Part shown: positions 26,214 to 38,629 of the stretch, one piece after another | Layout of the letters: the number at the start of each line of letters is the position of its first letter | How positions within the stretch are numbered: the stretch's first letter is position 1 | Origin: Schizosaccharomyces osmophilus | Lineage: Eukaryota | Assembly: GCF_027921745.1 (NCBI RefSeq) | Contig: NC_079238.1 | Coordinates: 1,302,001 to 1,366,000 of the forward strand | Direction of reading: 5' to 3' | DNA length: 64,000 bases | Notes under the pieces: model-generated | Database searches by the model: none | Told to the model about the DNA's origin: nothing | The model's input: only the letters and a program-made list of their open reading frames with translations | Made by a program: the position numbers and the translations under genes

Positions 26214-27875
26214 TTATTCCTTAGCTGGCCCGTCTGTTTCAGCTATTTTTCTTTTACCAGCTTTCGCCTTAGGACCCCAATTTTCAGTAGGGTTCATTTG
26301 ATAACGAGTGTATCCGCCTTTTTTAGAGGAGAACTCAGCACCAGGCTGTAAAGTGAAATCAACCTGAGAAGAACATTCTTTTTTAAGAATCATGGAACCT
26401 GCAGAGTTTGGCTTAATGTTGCTAGAGTTCACCGGATGCTCCGCTACCCAAGCTCTCATAATATCCCATATATAAGACCATGGCGCATCCGTTTTGATGG
26501 CGTTACTTTTTGCGTGAGATCCAGAAGCACGATAACCTGCATTAAGCAACGCAGAAACAAAGGTGCTCTGGGGAGGTGATTGAGCACGTAGAACACTAGC
26601 AATTTGAGATATAATAAAGTAGAAAGGTTTATCAGACAATTCTTCAGCGACTACTGCTAACATTCCCAATATGCGGCGTTTGGTTCCATATGTTTTTTCA
26701 TCCAAACTTTCAGCAATCTTTCTCATCCTTTCGACAAATTCTGCATCATGCAAGGGACCTCCCCAAACCGGACCACCCACATGATGCACATATCCACAAT
26801 GCTCACAATTTGCGGCGACCGGAGGACCGGTAGCATTTGTGTATTTCGTACTTCCAGGTATCCTTCCCGGAACCGTCTTACCCATATACTGAAGGGCATT
26901 ACTTCCGCATCCCGAACAGTGATAAATGAGTGCAGACTGTCTATGGAGATCCTTAACAAGAGCTGGTTTTGTCTCTACTTGCACGAATACACGAAAGTAG
27001 AAATCAACACTAAGAGACAACATAGGCTTAATAGCACGTCCATATTTAGCTGCTGCCGCAGCAATAGCATATAGAAGGTGACGGACAGCCTGTTCGTGAC
27101 AGAAATCAGACCGTAGTGAAGTTCCGCCGTAATTGGAGAAGCACTTCTCTGGATAAGCATTGCCTGCAAGCACAGCGGAGTCTGTACAAGTGATACAAAG
27201 CAAACCATTGTTTGCGACGGACTGTACTGCTGAATCCAAGAAAGGAGTAGCTGTACCATAAGGATCCAAGTCAATCACGTCGTACTGATTCTTAAATGAA
27301 TGCATAACAGAATTTGCATCTCCTTTATTAGGAACTACGATGTGAGAAACATCGTTGCGCTTAACATTAGCATCGATAGCTTCGACTGCACGAGCAAGCA
27401 AGTCGTTTGCTAAAATCTTTTTTACGTTGGGTAATTCTTTAGCATAACGAATGGCACGCAAACCAGTAGCAGACAATGCTTCTAAGACGTTAAATCCAAC
27501 GTTACTGCTCCCATCCGTTCCAGTATTATTTTCAGAGTTTTTGGCAGGAGCAGTAGTTTCTTCACTACGGGACGGAGAGGGATTTTCTGACTTTCCTTTA
27601 TCTTCATTTTCATCCTTTTTTTCATGTGCTTCGATGATTTCCTGACGATGCTTTGCTTTCAACACCGCTTTTTCGTCGCGGTTTTCTGCCCATGTGCGAA
27701 TGGCAGTAGTGCTCATATCGCGATTAAATTGTTGAACAGGATTGTAAAAGACCTCATCAGGATCATTAAAAAGGATAGTTGCAGAACCTTCCGTCACCTT
27801 TGCTCCATTCACCGACATATTGGCAGTGGTGAAGTTTCGTACCCTTCCTAGAAGAGCTCGATAATTTTTCCACAT
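26214..27875 (-). CDS. trm1: tRNA (guanine26-N2,N2)-dimethyltransferase Trm1
   Basis: VFYNPVQQFNRD, LEALSATGLRAIRY, IDLDPYG, CxxC pairs, YQMNPTENWGPK. Confidence 0.96.
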   Translation of the reverse strand: MWKNYRALLGRVRNFTTANMSVNGAKVTEGSATILFNDPDEVFYNPVQQFNRDMSTTAIRTWAENRDEKAVLKAKHRQEIIEAHEKKDENEDKGKSENPSPSRSEETTAPAKNSENNTGTDGSSNVGFNVLEALSATGLRAIRYAKELPNVKKILANDLLARAVEAIDANVKRNDVSHIVVPNKGDANSVMHSFKNQYDVIDLDPYGTATPFLDSAVQSVANNGLLCITCTDSAVLAGNAYPEKCFSNYGGTSLRSDFCHEQAVRHLLYAIAAAAAKYGRAIKPMLSLSVDFYFRVFVQVETKPALVKDLHRQSALIYHCSGCGSNALQYMGKTVPGRIPGSTKYTNATGPPVAANCEHCGYVHHVGGPVWGGPLHDAEFVERMRKIAESLDEKTYGTKRRILGMLAVVAEELSDKPFYFIISQIASVLRAQSPPQSTFVSALLNAGYRASGSHAKSNAIKTDAPWSYIWDIMRAWVAEHPVNSSNIKPNSAGSMILKKECSSQVDFTLQPGAEFSSKKGGYTRYQMNPTENWGPKAKAGKRKIAETDGPAKE

Positions 27876-28113
27876 TAAGATAGCATCTGCAAAAGGAATA
27901 GAAGTTAAATTTAGAAAGAAGCTTAGTTCAATTTACAAGAACAACTGCTGATACCAGAAGATGTAGTTCTTGGTACTCTGAAGAAATTAAATCACATGCA
28001 AGACTATTCACAGCAGTATACTTACTTTGCTGAACTTTTTATGGTTCTTCTTTTCTAAACGTGATAGTTAAGCTAACAAAGTATTTAATCGACTACATCA
28101 AAAGATGAGGAAC

Positions 28114-28138
28114 AAAAAAAAAAAAAAAAAAAAAAAAA
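28114..28138. repeat. poly(A) tract, 25 nt, in the trm1-suc22 intergenic region
   Basis: Read directly from the sequence. Confidence 0.85.
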
Positions 28139-28468
28139 CAAAATAAGGTGAAACACTTTTAAAAAGAAGAACTTACAGAGAAAGAAAGAAAGTTATATAT
28201 TTTAATAATACATCCAAATTTAATGGTTAACAAGGATATGTCACTTTGACCAACATCTAATCCAAGAGTTATTTATCCAATATCTTCGTACCTAAGAAGG
28301 AACGAACGAAATGTTAACCCAAGTATAAATTTTTTAAATAAAACAACACACTCCCATAAATTTGCATTTCGAAGAGTAAGTATTTAGAAATACTTGAATG
28401 GAGCTAACCAAACAAAAGTGTCATGTAATAGACTATTAGAATTGAACAAACCGTTACTCATCAAGCAT

Positions 28469-29638
28469 CTAAAAATCTTCATCAAGACGGAAGGCGTGAT
28501 CGTCTTTATCCTCAGCTTTGGCACTAGACATGACACCGGCGATTTGATAGTCGGAAACTTTCTTTTCGAAGAAGTTGGTTTTACCAGCCAAAGAGATGTT
28601 CTCCATAAAGTCAAAGGGATTTGTGACGTTGTAATACTTGTCATTACCAAGAGAGACCAAAAGACGATCAGCAACAAACTCAATGTATTGGCACATCAAA
28701 TCCTTATTCATACCAAGTAAACTGGCAGGAAGAGCATCTGTGAAATATTCTTTTTCAATATCAACGGCCTCAATAATGATTGCTTCTACAATCTTTCGTC
28801 CAGGGCGATGTTTCAAGTGACTGAACATTAGACAAGCAAAGTCAGTATGCAAACCTTCATCACGGCAAATTAACTCGTTGGAAAAGGTCAAACCAGGCAT
28901 GAGACCACGTTTCTTCAACCAGAAAATCGAAGCAAAAGATCCAGAAAAGAAAATACCTTCAACAGCGGCAAAAGCAACGAGACGAATGGCATAAGTGGAG
29001 TCAGGATCATTAATCCAACGAATAGCCCATTTGGCCTTTGCAGTGATGGATCCCATGGTGAGGATGGCATCGAAATGACGTTCTTTTTCTTTGGGATCAC
29101 GGATATAGGTATCCAAAAGTAAGGAATAAGTTTCAGAGTGGATGTTCTCTATCATGATCTGGAAGCCGTACACACAACGAGCTTCGGGAATCTGAACTTC
29201 AGAACTAAATCGTTCTAAAAGATTTTCGTTTACAATACCATCAGAGGCAGCAAAGTAAGCGAGAACTGTAGATATAAAGTAACGTTCGTCACCATTCAAC
29301 TTGCTATCCCAATCAATCAAATCCTTCGAAAGATCGATTTCTTCAGCAGTCCAGAAAGAAGCTTCAGCTTTTTTATAGAATTGCCAAATCTCATGATATT
29401 GAATAGGAAATAAAACAAAGCGACGAGGATTAGGACGAAGAATCACTTCGTCCTTTTCGTCTTCAGCTTTACCAATATAATAATCACCTCCTTCCATTTT
29501 CTCTTCTTCTTTTACATTTTCAAATTTAAAGGTTTCTTTGATAGACTTGACATAGATTTCGCGAGGTCCGGAAGGACTGTCGTAAGTAACGACTTCTCCC
29601 TTTTCCTTGGGAAAGGTGAACTCTTCAGAACTAGACAT
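28469..29638 (-). CDS. suc22: Ribonucleotide reductase small subunit
   Basis: [35 protein letters not shown] di-iron motifs; C-terminal FRLDEDF. Confidence 0.97.
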   Translation of the reverse strand: MSSSEEFTFPKEKGEVVTYDSPSGPREIYVKSIKETFKFENVKEEEKMEGGDYYIGKAEDEKDEVILRPNPRRFVLFPIQYHEIWQFYKKAEASFWTAEEIDLSKDLIDWDSKLNGDERYFISTVLAYFAASDGIVNENLLERFSSEVQIPEARCVYGFQIMIENIHSETYSLLLDTYIRDPKEKERHFDAILTMGSITAKAKWAIRWINDPDSTYAIRLVAFAAVEGIFFSGSFASIFWLKKRGLMPGLTFSNELICRDEGLHTDFACLMFSHLKHRPGRKIVEAIIIEAVDIEKEYFTDALPASLLGMNKDLMCQYIEFVADRLLVSLGNDKYYNVTNPFDFMENISLAGKTNFFEKKVSDYQIAGVMSSAKAEDKDDHAFRLDEDF

Positions 29639-30185
29639 ATTAAAAAAATATAATTCAAACCCAGGTTCCCGAGAAGATCGACGAAAAAGGTAGACTTGAC
29701 TATTTCTCGAGGAGTTTGCTGTAGGTAAAAAGTTTCTTCTCAGAGTACGTACAAATCGTCTTATAGCTTCCTAAGAAGATTTGTCACAAAATCGTCAAAA
29801 CGAGAGTAAGACAAGAAACAAGAGATCGTGAATTGCTATTCAATACTTTCGATAAATGCTTTTTTTTTTTTTTTTTCTTGCCCAGACCTTGCGATTGAAG
29901 AGATCCAAAGAAAAAGGAATTCGTAATGAGAACCAAAGTAAGTTTTAATGAAGCCTTGAGATCCTCAATAAAAAAAAAAGCGATTAGCAAAGTGATTATT
30001 GCTAAATAAATATAAAAACCTGAGGTGATGAAGGACAACAAAAAGGCCCAAACTTGTTTCCCTTTTGCTGACTCCCTCTAATACTTAGTTTCGGTTTTAA
30101 TTGTAAATAAAATAAAATGAAAATTAAGTATTTCAAAAGACGATTCTGGCTTATTTGTGAATTTTTTTTATGTTAAGGAAGAAAT

Positions 30186-30677
30186 ACGCGCACGCGATGA
30201 AATTTAATTAAAAACAGTGCGCGTCCCCTGTATATATACTTTCCAAACTCAACAATGAGTTTTTGCAAAATCAACTGATTTCTTTGACCAAAGATGACTA
30301 CGAAATAAAATTTCAACGATCTTGTTCTCTGATCTTTGATTCACCGTTCGTTGCACATCATTTTACGCGCTTGCTTCGTTCATGTTTCACCTGGCAATCC
30401 CAGGTTTGACAAGAAATTTAACACTGACATCCACCGTAGTTAATAATAAAATAAAAACCAGCTCCGTTTGGGCAATCGTACATCCATCTACGCAAGTTTG
30501 TTTCAACACGAATAAGAAGACACTGCATCTTTCTAGACTTGTTGGTCTTTTCTTTTTACATTTTTCCAGTAATGCTTTGGTTCATATGGAAGATGCTTAG
30601 AAAAAGAATATAGTAAAAAGAAAAGACGCGACGCGAGACGCGTCTCCTCTGTCTAATTAATATCCTCGTAAACGCGC
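30186..30677. promoter_or_regulatory. Cluster of MCB-like (ACGCG) elements in the divergent suc22-mcm7 intergenic region
   Basis: ACGCG cores at 30186, 30192, 30365, 30626, 30631, 30638 (perfect ACGCGT) and 30672, plus GCGCGT at 30219, in AT-rich DNA. Confidence 0.8.
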
Positions 30678-31094
30678 TTAAAATAAAACAAATGAATCAA
30701 AGGTGAATAAATAAAAAAAATCCAGAATAAACTTTGAATTTCACGATGAAATTAAATTTATGAAGAAACAAAGCAAATCCATTACTGCTGGGCGTTCATA
30801 CTCATGATTGGAATTGAGGAAGCGCTATGGCAGTTTTTCTTTCTATTTATGATAAAAACGAATTTTTATTAATTCAATCAAGTTCCTTCTAGAGGATCAA
30901 GAAGTTGAGCTTACTTTTTGTTTCCATTCAGTACTTGTTACCTTAAGAAGTAACATGGAGCATTTGGCTTTCCTAGAGAGCATCCAACAGATTACTTCGC
31001 ACAACAGGTAGAAGCTCGTTTTTGCTAATTTCCCTTACCTTCCAAGTGAATAGAATCTCTCTTTAGCTATCTGTGAAGGGTAAAATCTTGTAGG

Positions 31095-33410
31095 ATGGCG
31101 CTTCCTACCATCGACTTAAAGATTCCCGAGTATGAGGAGTGTCAGCACAAAATCACAGACTTTTTATCGCATTTTAAGCAAGAAGTAGCGCCTTCGGCAA
31201 CGAGCGCTGGTGCGGCTCTTCAAAAGCCAGAGGGGTTTGATGAAGATGATTTATTAATGGAAGATATTGAATCCGCTGGCAATGGACCACTGCTAAGAGC
31301 CAAATACATGGATATTTTACAGGACGTTGCCAATAGAAAGCGAAATGTCATCACAATTGATTTGAACGATCTTTACGAATTTGATCCTAGTGATATCAAG
31401 CTCCTTTCAAATATTGAAGGGAATACGAAGCGTTTTGTTGAGCTCTTCTCTCAGTGTGTAGATGCCTTGATGCCACCTCCTACTGTCGATATAAATTATA
31501 AAAATGAGGTATTGGATGTAATTATGCAGCAGCGTCTTCAACGCAATGAAAACCTCGATCCTGAACAAAAAGGATTTCCCCCAGAGCTCACGCGTGGTTA
31601 TGACCTTTATTTTTATCCCATGACTCGCAACAAAAAACCTTTTAGTGTACGTGATCTTCGCGGTGAATATTTAGGCTCTCTTGTTACTTTACGCGGAATC
31701 ATTACACGTACAAGTGATGTGAAGCCAAGCTTAATTGTGAATGCTTATACTTGTGATCGCTGTGGTTATGAAGTCTTTCAGCAAATTCGCCAAAAAACAT
31801 TTTTACCTATTACAGAATGCCCATCCGATGAATGCAAAAAGAATGATGCAAAGGGTCAGCTTTTTATGAGTACTCGTGCAAGCAAATTTCTTGCTTTCCA
31901 AGAGGTTAAGATTCAAGAACTTACCAACCAAGTCCCAATTGGCCATATCCCTCGTACAATTACTGTTCACTTGTATGGTGCAATTACTCGCACGGTGAAT
32001 CCGGGTGATATTGTTGACGTTTCTGGTATTTACCTACCGACTCCGTACACTGGTTTCCGTGCTTTGCGTGCTGGTCTACTCACTGATACTTACATCGAGT
32101 GCCATGCCATTTCACACTTAATTAAAAGTTACACTAATACTGAAGGAACTGCAGAAACCGAGGCTACAATCGCCGAATTACACAAAGGTGGAAACGTATA
32201 CGAAAAGTTAGCAAAGTCGATTGCTCCAGAAATTTATGGTCACGAAGATATTAAAAAGGCTTTACTTTTGCTTTTAGTGGGTGGTGTAACCAAAGTACTT
32301 GGTGACGGTATGCGTATCCGTGGCGATATCAATGTCTGTCTTACTGGTGATCCTGGTGTCGCCAAGTCTCAACTTTTAAAATATATCTCCAAAGTTGCAC
32401 CTCGTGGTGTGTATACAACAGGTCGTGGTTCATCGGGTGTTGGTTTGACTGCTGCTGTTATGCGGGACCCTGTCACGGATGAAATGGTTTTGGAAGGCGG
32501 TGCTTTGGTATTAGCTGACAATGGGATCTGCTGCATTGATGAATTTGATAAAATGGACGAAAGCGATCGTACCGCTATCCATGAAGTAATGGAACAGCAA
32601 ACCATTTCTATTTCAAAGGCAGGAATAACTACCACCCTGAACGCTCGCACGAGTATTCTAGCTGCTGCAAATCCGTTATATGGCCGTTATAATCCAAACG
32701 TTGCTCCTATTCATAATATTAATCTCCCAGCTGCTTTGCTTTCGCGTTTCGACGTTTTATTCCTTATCCTTGATACCCCTTCTCGCGAAACCGATGAGCA
32801 TTTGGCTCAGCACGTTACCTACGTTCATATGTATAATGAACAACCCAAGATGGATTTTGAACCGCTAGATCCCTCTATGATTCGCCATTACATTTCAGCT
32901 GCTCGACAATATCGTCCTATTGTTCCTAAACATGTATGCGAGTACGTGACTGGTGCATATGTTCAACTTCGTCAGAACCAAAAGCGTGATGAAGCAAGTT
33001 CAAGACAGTTTTCCCATACAACCCCGCGTACACTTCTAGGTATTCTTCGTATGGGACAGGCGCTTGCTAGACTTAGATTTTGCAACACAGTGGAAATCAG
33101 CGATGTTGATGAAGCATTGAGGTTGATGGCTGTTTCTAAATCTTCATTATATGAAGATTTAGACCCTGGTTATCATGATACAACGATTACCTCTAAAATT
33201 TACAAAATTATTAGAGATATGCTCAATAATGCTTCTATTGAAGAAGAAAGCGGGTCTTCATTGTCTCTTCGTACCATTCGAGAACGCGTTCTTGCGAAGG
33301 GGTTCACCGAAAATCATCTTCTAAACACAATTCAGGAATACACGGAATTAGGCGTTCTACTTACTACGGACAATGGTCAAAATGTTATGTTTTTAGACCC
33401 TGATATGTAA
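31095..33410 (+). CDS. mcm7: MCM helicase subunit Mcm7
   Basis: Zn finger CDRC..CPSDEC, Walker [17 protein letters not shown], arginine finger SRFD. Confidence 0.97.
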   Translation: MALPTIDLKIPEYEECQHKITDFLSHFKQEVAPSATSAGAALQKPEGFDEDDLLMEDIESAGNGPLLRAKYMDILQDVANRKRNVITIDLNDLYEFDPSDIKLLSNIEGNTKRFVELFSQCVDALMPPPTVDINYKNEVLDVIMQQRLQRNENLDPEQKGFPPELTRGYDLYFYPMTRNKKPFSVRDLRGEYLGSLVTLRGIITRTSDVKPSLIVNAYTCDRCGYEVFQQIRQKTFLPITECPSDECKKNDAKGQLFMSTRASKFLAFQEVKIQELTNQVPIGHIPRTITVHLYGAITRTVNPGDIVDVSGIYLPTPYTGFRALRAGLLTDTYIECHAISHLIKSYTNTEGTAETEATIAELHKGGNVYEKLAKSIAPEIYGHEDIKKALLLLLVGGVTKVLGDGMRIRGDINVCLTGDPGVAKSQLLKYISKVAPRGVYTTGRGSSGVGLTAAVMRDPVTDEMVLEGGALVLADNGICCIDEFDKMDESDRTAIHEVMEQQTISISKAGITTTLNARTSILAAANPLYGRYNPNVAPIHNINLPAALLSRFDVLFLILDTPSRETDEHLAQHVTYVHMYNEQPKMDFEPLDPSMIRHYISAARQYRPIVPKHVCEYVTGAYVQLRQNQKRDEASSRQFSHTTPRTLLGILRMGQALARLRFCNTVEISDVDEALRLMAVSKSSLYEDLDPGYHDTTITSKIYKIIRDMLNNASIEEESGSSLSLRTIRERVLAKGFTENHLLNTIQEYTELGVLLTTDNGQNVMFLDPDM

Positions 33411-33965
33411 GTTAATCCTTGGTTATCTCATTTCTGTATGTACAATAATTTCTCTCGTTAATGATCTATATAATTCTTTTGGGTCTTTTCTTTCCTTTCA
33501 TGGGTGCTTTCTTTTCTCTAGTCGAATAGTTTACCAAAGGATTATTATTTCGGTTATTGTCTCCTTTTCCGGTTTTTTACTCTTCGCCATTCTGTAGGTC
33601 AGAATGTAATTTAGCAAATGAAACCGAGAGACGTGGGTTATTTAAATTTATTTTTATTTTTATATAGTTTATTACACGTATATAATTTACATAATTGACT
33701 TTATTGTCTCAAATCATTGAAAAATACCATAAAGAATCCAATCCTATTCTTGCCTCACCCTTACCTTGAGATTTAAACACCAACTAATACCGTAGTAAGC
33801 TTTCTACCTTTACGAGCCTACATGCTCAGATACCCATTGGTATCGTAATCCTTGGATGTTTATAAAAATTTTAGATAATTTTATATAGTAGAGAGCATAT
33901 AATTATCCTTAAGTGACATTTTGGACTCGTTTTGGTAGTGAATTAAAACTTAGAGCTTCATTGGC

Positions 33966-35838
33966 ATGAATATTATTTTACGCTTGCATATCTTGAAGGA
34001 TGAATTGGAACACTATCAGTTTATTCTCTTATGTGACCGCTCATCCTTCGTAAATGATGTGAAACAAAAAATCCAATCTACCTACAAAACCTTATATCCT
34101 GACAAGGGGTAAGTGTCTTTTAGAAATCTTTACAGTTTGATTGACTAACACTTTAAGAAACATAACTGTCGTTAATATTAAAGACGAAGAGAACTACGAC
34201 ATTCCCAATGAATATTGCATTGGTGATATCTTTCAAGGGAATTCAAAAGTGCTTGTAGAATGCAGTTCTACAAATGTCTCTACAGCTCTTCCGAAAGACA
34301 GTACTGATTCTTCATTATCTAATGAAGACAGTCATGTCTCAATAGACACTACTGAAATTAGCAAAAGTACATTACCCCAACAGTTGGCTGAACATAGTCA
34401 GCCTTCCTTAAAACGCCCAAGATCTTCATCCTCGGAACAACCTTCCCAAAAGAAGGTGAACACAGTTTCCGACGATGGGATTGAGTCATCTGGGTTTGTT
34501 TACCGTCCTACTAATGCTCGTGATTCCATATCGTCAGTCACATCCATTAATCATCGGGACGATTCTCTACACACAGATGATGAACACTATAATAATGTTA
34601 ATCAACCTAATTTTGTTCCAGAATCAATGGAAGACGTGAGTCCGGAAAAGAAAGAACCTTTAGTTCAAGAAACAAGTCCTATAAAAGACAATACGCGCGA
34701 AAAGAGTGAAGAAACGAAGATATTAACAGAGTCGCCTAAGAAAACATCTCCCAGACAACTAACACCTTCTCCAACAAAAAGTAAGAAGCGTGATGATTTA
34801 TTGCAACTCTCTGCGTCAAATACTCGCATGACAAGGTCTTCAAAGAGATTGGAACAACAGAAAGGACAAAATGAGGCTCCTGCCGAAAGTATCAACGATC
34901 AGACGGCTGAACGGAAGCAAGAGCACCAAGACCATTCTACAACTAGCGAGTCTGAAGAGGAAAACGTAGAAGAACCAAGTGTCCTTGCACCCGAAATTGT
35001 TGTTCATGAGACGCCTTCTCATCCTTCTACAGCTGTTCCATCCGATGAAGAAGATAGCAGCTCTGATAGTGACAGCATTTCTGGATCTTCATCCGTGTCT
35101 GTCTCATCGAGTTCCTCAAATGACCTTTCGGAGGAAAGTGACGCCGCCGTTGAAGAAAGCTCAACTCATCCAAAAGAAAGCGCATCGATACCCATCTCAA
35201 AGCAAACACCACCAAGAGAGGAAATTTCCCAAAACAATGATGCCAATGCAACGACTAGTGCTTTTAATGCTAATATTCAAGATCCTGGAAAGAAGTTTAG
35301 ACAAATCAGCCAAAATTCAGATTCTGATAGCGAGTCAACTACTGACTCTTCTAGTGAATCGGAATCTGATTCTTCCATTCCTTTAAGCCAACGAACCCAT
35401 CCTTTGGCGCCCGAGCCTAAGAATGAACGTGTTGAACCTTCTTCCAAACAATTACCATCGAAAGTAACAAGGAGTAAAGCTAACACCCAAAAACCCGAAC
35501 CTCAAAGATCATTGTCGTATTCTCGGCTTTCTGAACTCTCGAAAACGTTTTCTCCAGAAATCAAAGATCCCATGCTGAAAAAAGACGAGGCTCAAAAATC
35601 CGACAAAGGCGATTCCAAGGTTCTCTCAAAGGAGAAGGAACAACAATCTTCTTCGGAAAGCGAAGAGAATGACTCAGATGAAGAAGATTCTTCATCTGAG
35701 TCTGATGCTCCTATGCAAGAAAAGGCAAACCCTATTCCTTTAGAAAAGCGCGCAAGTGCTGCAGTACCTCAGAAGAAGAGAGGAAGAGGTAGACCTAGAA
35801 AGAGTACAGGACTTGCTGGTTTAGCTGCGCTTGCTTAA
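33966..35838 (+). CDS. dnt1: Nucleolar protein Dnt1 (Net1/Tof2-like N-terminal domain, Ser/acidic low-complexity body); exons 33966-34108, 34158-35838
   Basis: Spliced N-domain LRLHI...YKTLYP...IKDEENYDI...IGDIF; intron 34109-34157 GTAAGT..CTAAC..AAG; synteny. Confidence 0.8.
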
Positions 35839-36272
35839 AGTACTATCTCTGTTATTCTTTATGTTTAAATTAGTATCCTTTTACATTCGTTTCTATTTAC
35901 GATTTTACAATTCTCACAAATTGCTGTAGGAATGAACCTCCACCTCTTTCTGCGATATCCCTCTACGTAGTATTTCTACATCTCACTTTTTAAAGACATG
36001 ATTGGAAGTATGCTTAGACAAAGTTTTTTTGTAAACTTCCCATATTTCTACTGTAAATTCAGTGAATCTGCAAAAAAAAAAATAAAATTACCTTTAATAA
36101 TCTTACACTTATAACTCTAAAGTTTTCCAAAAATCCATTTGTACGGTGAAATTTGGAGTAACAATGCAACGAACAACGTTCCACCGCACTAAATGGCACG
36201 CGGACTTTGCACGGACAGGAGTTTTTTCTTGCCCACTTCCTTCAACAATTCACAAGGCACTTTTCCTGCAGT

Positions 36273-38306
36273 ATGGGAAAAATTAAACAGAAAGGTACCT
36301 ATTTAATATTTGATTGTATAAACTAACGAATTGAAGGGAAAACTGGAGCTGCTCGTGTCTATATCACGAGAAACCAAGCTTTAAAAAAGCTTCAGGTGAC
36401 TCTTGCTGACTTTCGTCGCATTTGCATCTTAAAGGGTGTTTATCCTCGTGAACCAAAGAATAAAAAGAAGGCAAATAAAGGATCTACTGCTCCTGTTACC
36501 TTTTGTATGTATAGACTTGACATCCTGCCGCTTTTTAAAAAAATGTTAAAGACGAGACTAGTAAAAAAAAAAGGTCATTTACGGTCTCTTCGAATATGTT
36601 TTTTGGTATAAAAGCGGAAAGTTTGAGTTTGAAAGATATTGAAACGAAAGTGCTAACCCATTAAAGACTATACCAAGGATATTCAATATTTGCTTCATGA
36701 ACCAGTCGTCCAAAAGTTCCGCGAATATAAGACCTTCGTACGCAAATTAAGCAAGGCAATTGGTAAAGGTGAATTAGATACTGCGAAGCGCCTTGAAAAT
36801 AATAAGCCCATTTATCATTTAGACCATATTATCAAGGAGCGCTACCCTACCTTCCATGATGCGATTAAGGATATTGATGATGCTTTAAGTATGCTGTTCC
36901 TTTTTTCTACCATGCCAGTTACGGACAAAATTGGTGCTGCAACTGTGGCCAATTGCGAACGTCTCTGTGCTGAATTTCAACAATATGTAATTCGAACCCA
37001 TAGCCTCCGCAAAACATTTTTGTCAATCAAGGGTATTTACTATCAAGCCGACATTTTTGGTGTCGAAGTTACTTGGATTGTTCCTTACAAATTCTCACAA
37101 AACGTCCCTACTGATGTGGATTTCCGTATCATGCATACATTTCTCGAGTTTTACCAATCTTTAATGGGATTTGTGAACTACAAATTATTCAATAGTGTTG
37201 GGCTTCGTTACCCTCCCAAGTTGGATGTTGCTAAGAGCGAGTCCGCTGCTGGTCTTGCCGCATATGACTTAGAGGAATCCAATTCTCTTCCCTCTATTGC
37301 ACATGGTGATAACAAACAGGCTCGTAAACGTATTGCTAGTCTTGGTAATAAGATCGGCGATATTGTTGAAAAAGATGCTGAAACGGATGAGCGGCCAGAG
37401 CAAAGTGCTGCTGAGACAAATGATGCCACCGTTGATAATGGCGGGGATGACAAGTTGGATGAATTTAAAGCCATTGATGAAGATACTACAGACGCTGCTT
37501 CTAAAGCCGATGCTCAAGTTTCTTCTGTCGATACTTCGTTACTTGCCCCTTTTACTTTTTACCTTTCTCGAGAAGTCCCTCGTTTTTCTTTGGAGTTTGT
37601 TATTCGGGCATTCGGCGGAAAAGTTGCTTGGGACCCTGTTCTTGGAGGAGGATCTCCATATGCTGAATCTGATCCAGTAATTACTCATCACATAAGTGAC
37701 CGTCCTCATCTCGCTCAAAAGTACGAGGGTCGTGTTTACGTTCAGCCTCAATGGGTTTACGATTCAGTGAACAAGGGTCATTTGGAAAGAACGGATCTTT
37801 ATGTTCCTGGTGCTACTCTTCCTCCTCATCTCAGTCCCTTCGTCAAGCTTAGCGAAAATGACTATAATCCTGAGGAAGAAGTATCCGCAGGCGAAGAAGA
37901 GGAGGAAGAAGAAGAAGGCGTTGATGCTAGCGAAGATAAGAAGGCTATTGAGACAGAAAAGAAGGTTGAAGAGCCTTCTGCTGATGTTGAGGAAGATGAA
38001 ACAGAAAAGGCCGAGCTTGAACATCAAAGAGAACTTGAAGCCGAGGCTGCTGGTGTTGAATATTCAGAATACATGAAGAATAACAAGCCTTCTAAGTCTA
38101 AGAAGCGTTCTAGTGATGCAATGAACGCTGACCAAAAGGACGAGAAGGAGGCCAAGGAACTCTCTAAGATGATGATGAGCAATAAACAAAGAAAGCTTTA
38201 TAACAAGCTGGAAAATACCAATGTTAAGAAGGAAAACTACAACAATAACCTTCGTAATAAGAAGAAGGAGATTCAGAAGAACAAAAAGGCAAAGGCCGAT
38301 AAATAG
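36273..38306 (+). CDS. ppp1: Pescadillo/Nop7 family 60S biogenesis factor; exons 36273-36294, 36337-36504, 36667-38306
   Basis: [42 protein letters not shown] ([10 protein letters not shown]), LPPHLSPF; two canonical introns. Confidence 0.95.
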
Positions 38307-38629
38307 AGGGTTGGTTTATAATCACGGTACATAGTAATATCTATTGGATTTTTTTTTGGGTTATATGGATGGATGCTCATAAGCATATCTATAATAAATA
38401 TTCGACTCTACATTCTATATTCTGCATCCACAGATTATCAACAGTAAATTTATCATTAAAACAAAAAGAAAACAAAACTATATAAGCCATGTTAAAACAC
38501 TTTCCAATTCGAACCGTAAAATCCTGGTTCAATATTACAACCACAGTATGAAATAATAGTCAAAGTACAGAAAGCTCAAAAGGATATGCATTTAGCGTAA
38601 AATCACCCATTCCATCCATTTATTTTTGT

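Noticed and set aside
33405..33420. GTAAGT at the mcm7 stop as a donor for an extra terminal exon
   Set aside because: The protein is already full length and I saw no convincing branch point/acceptor with a coding continuation
38500..38535. TTCGAACC / GGTTCAA resembling a tRNA T-loop or B box
   Set aside because: No cloverleaf or A box; it lies in an AT-rich convergent terminator region
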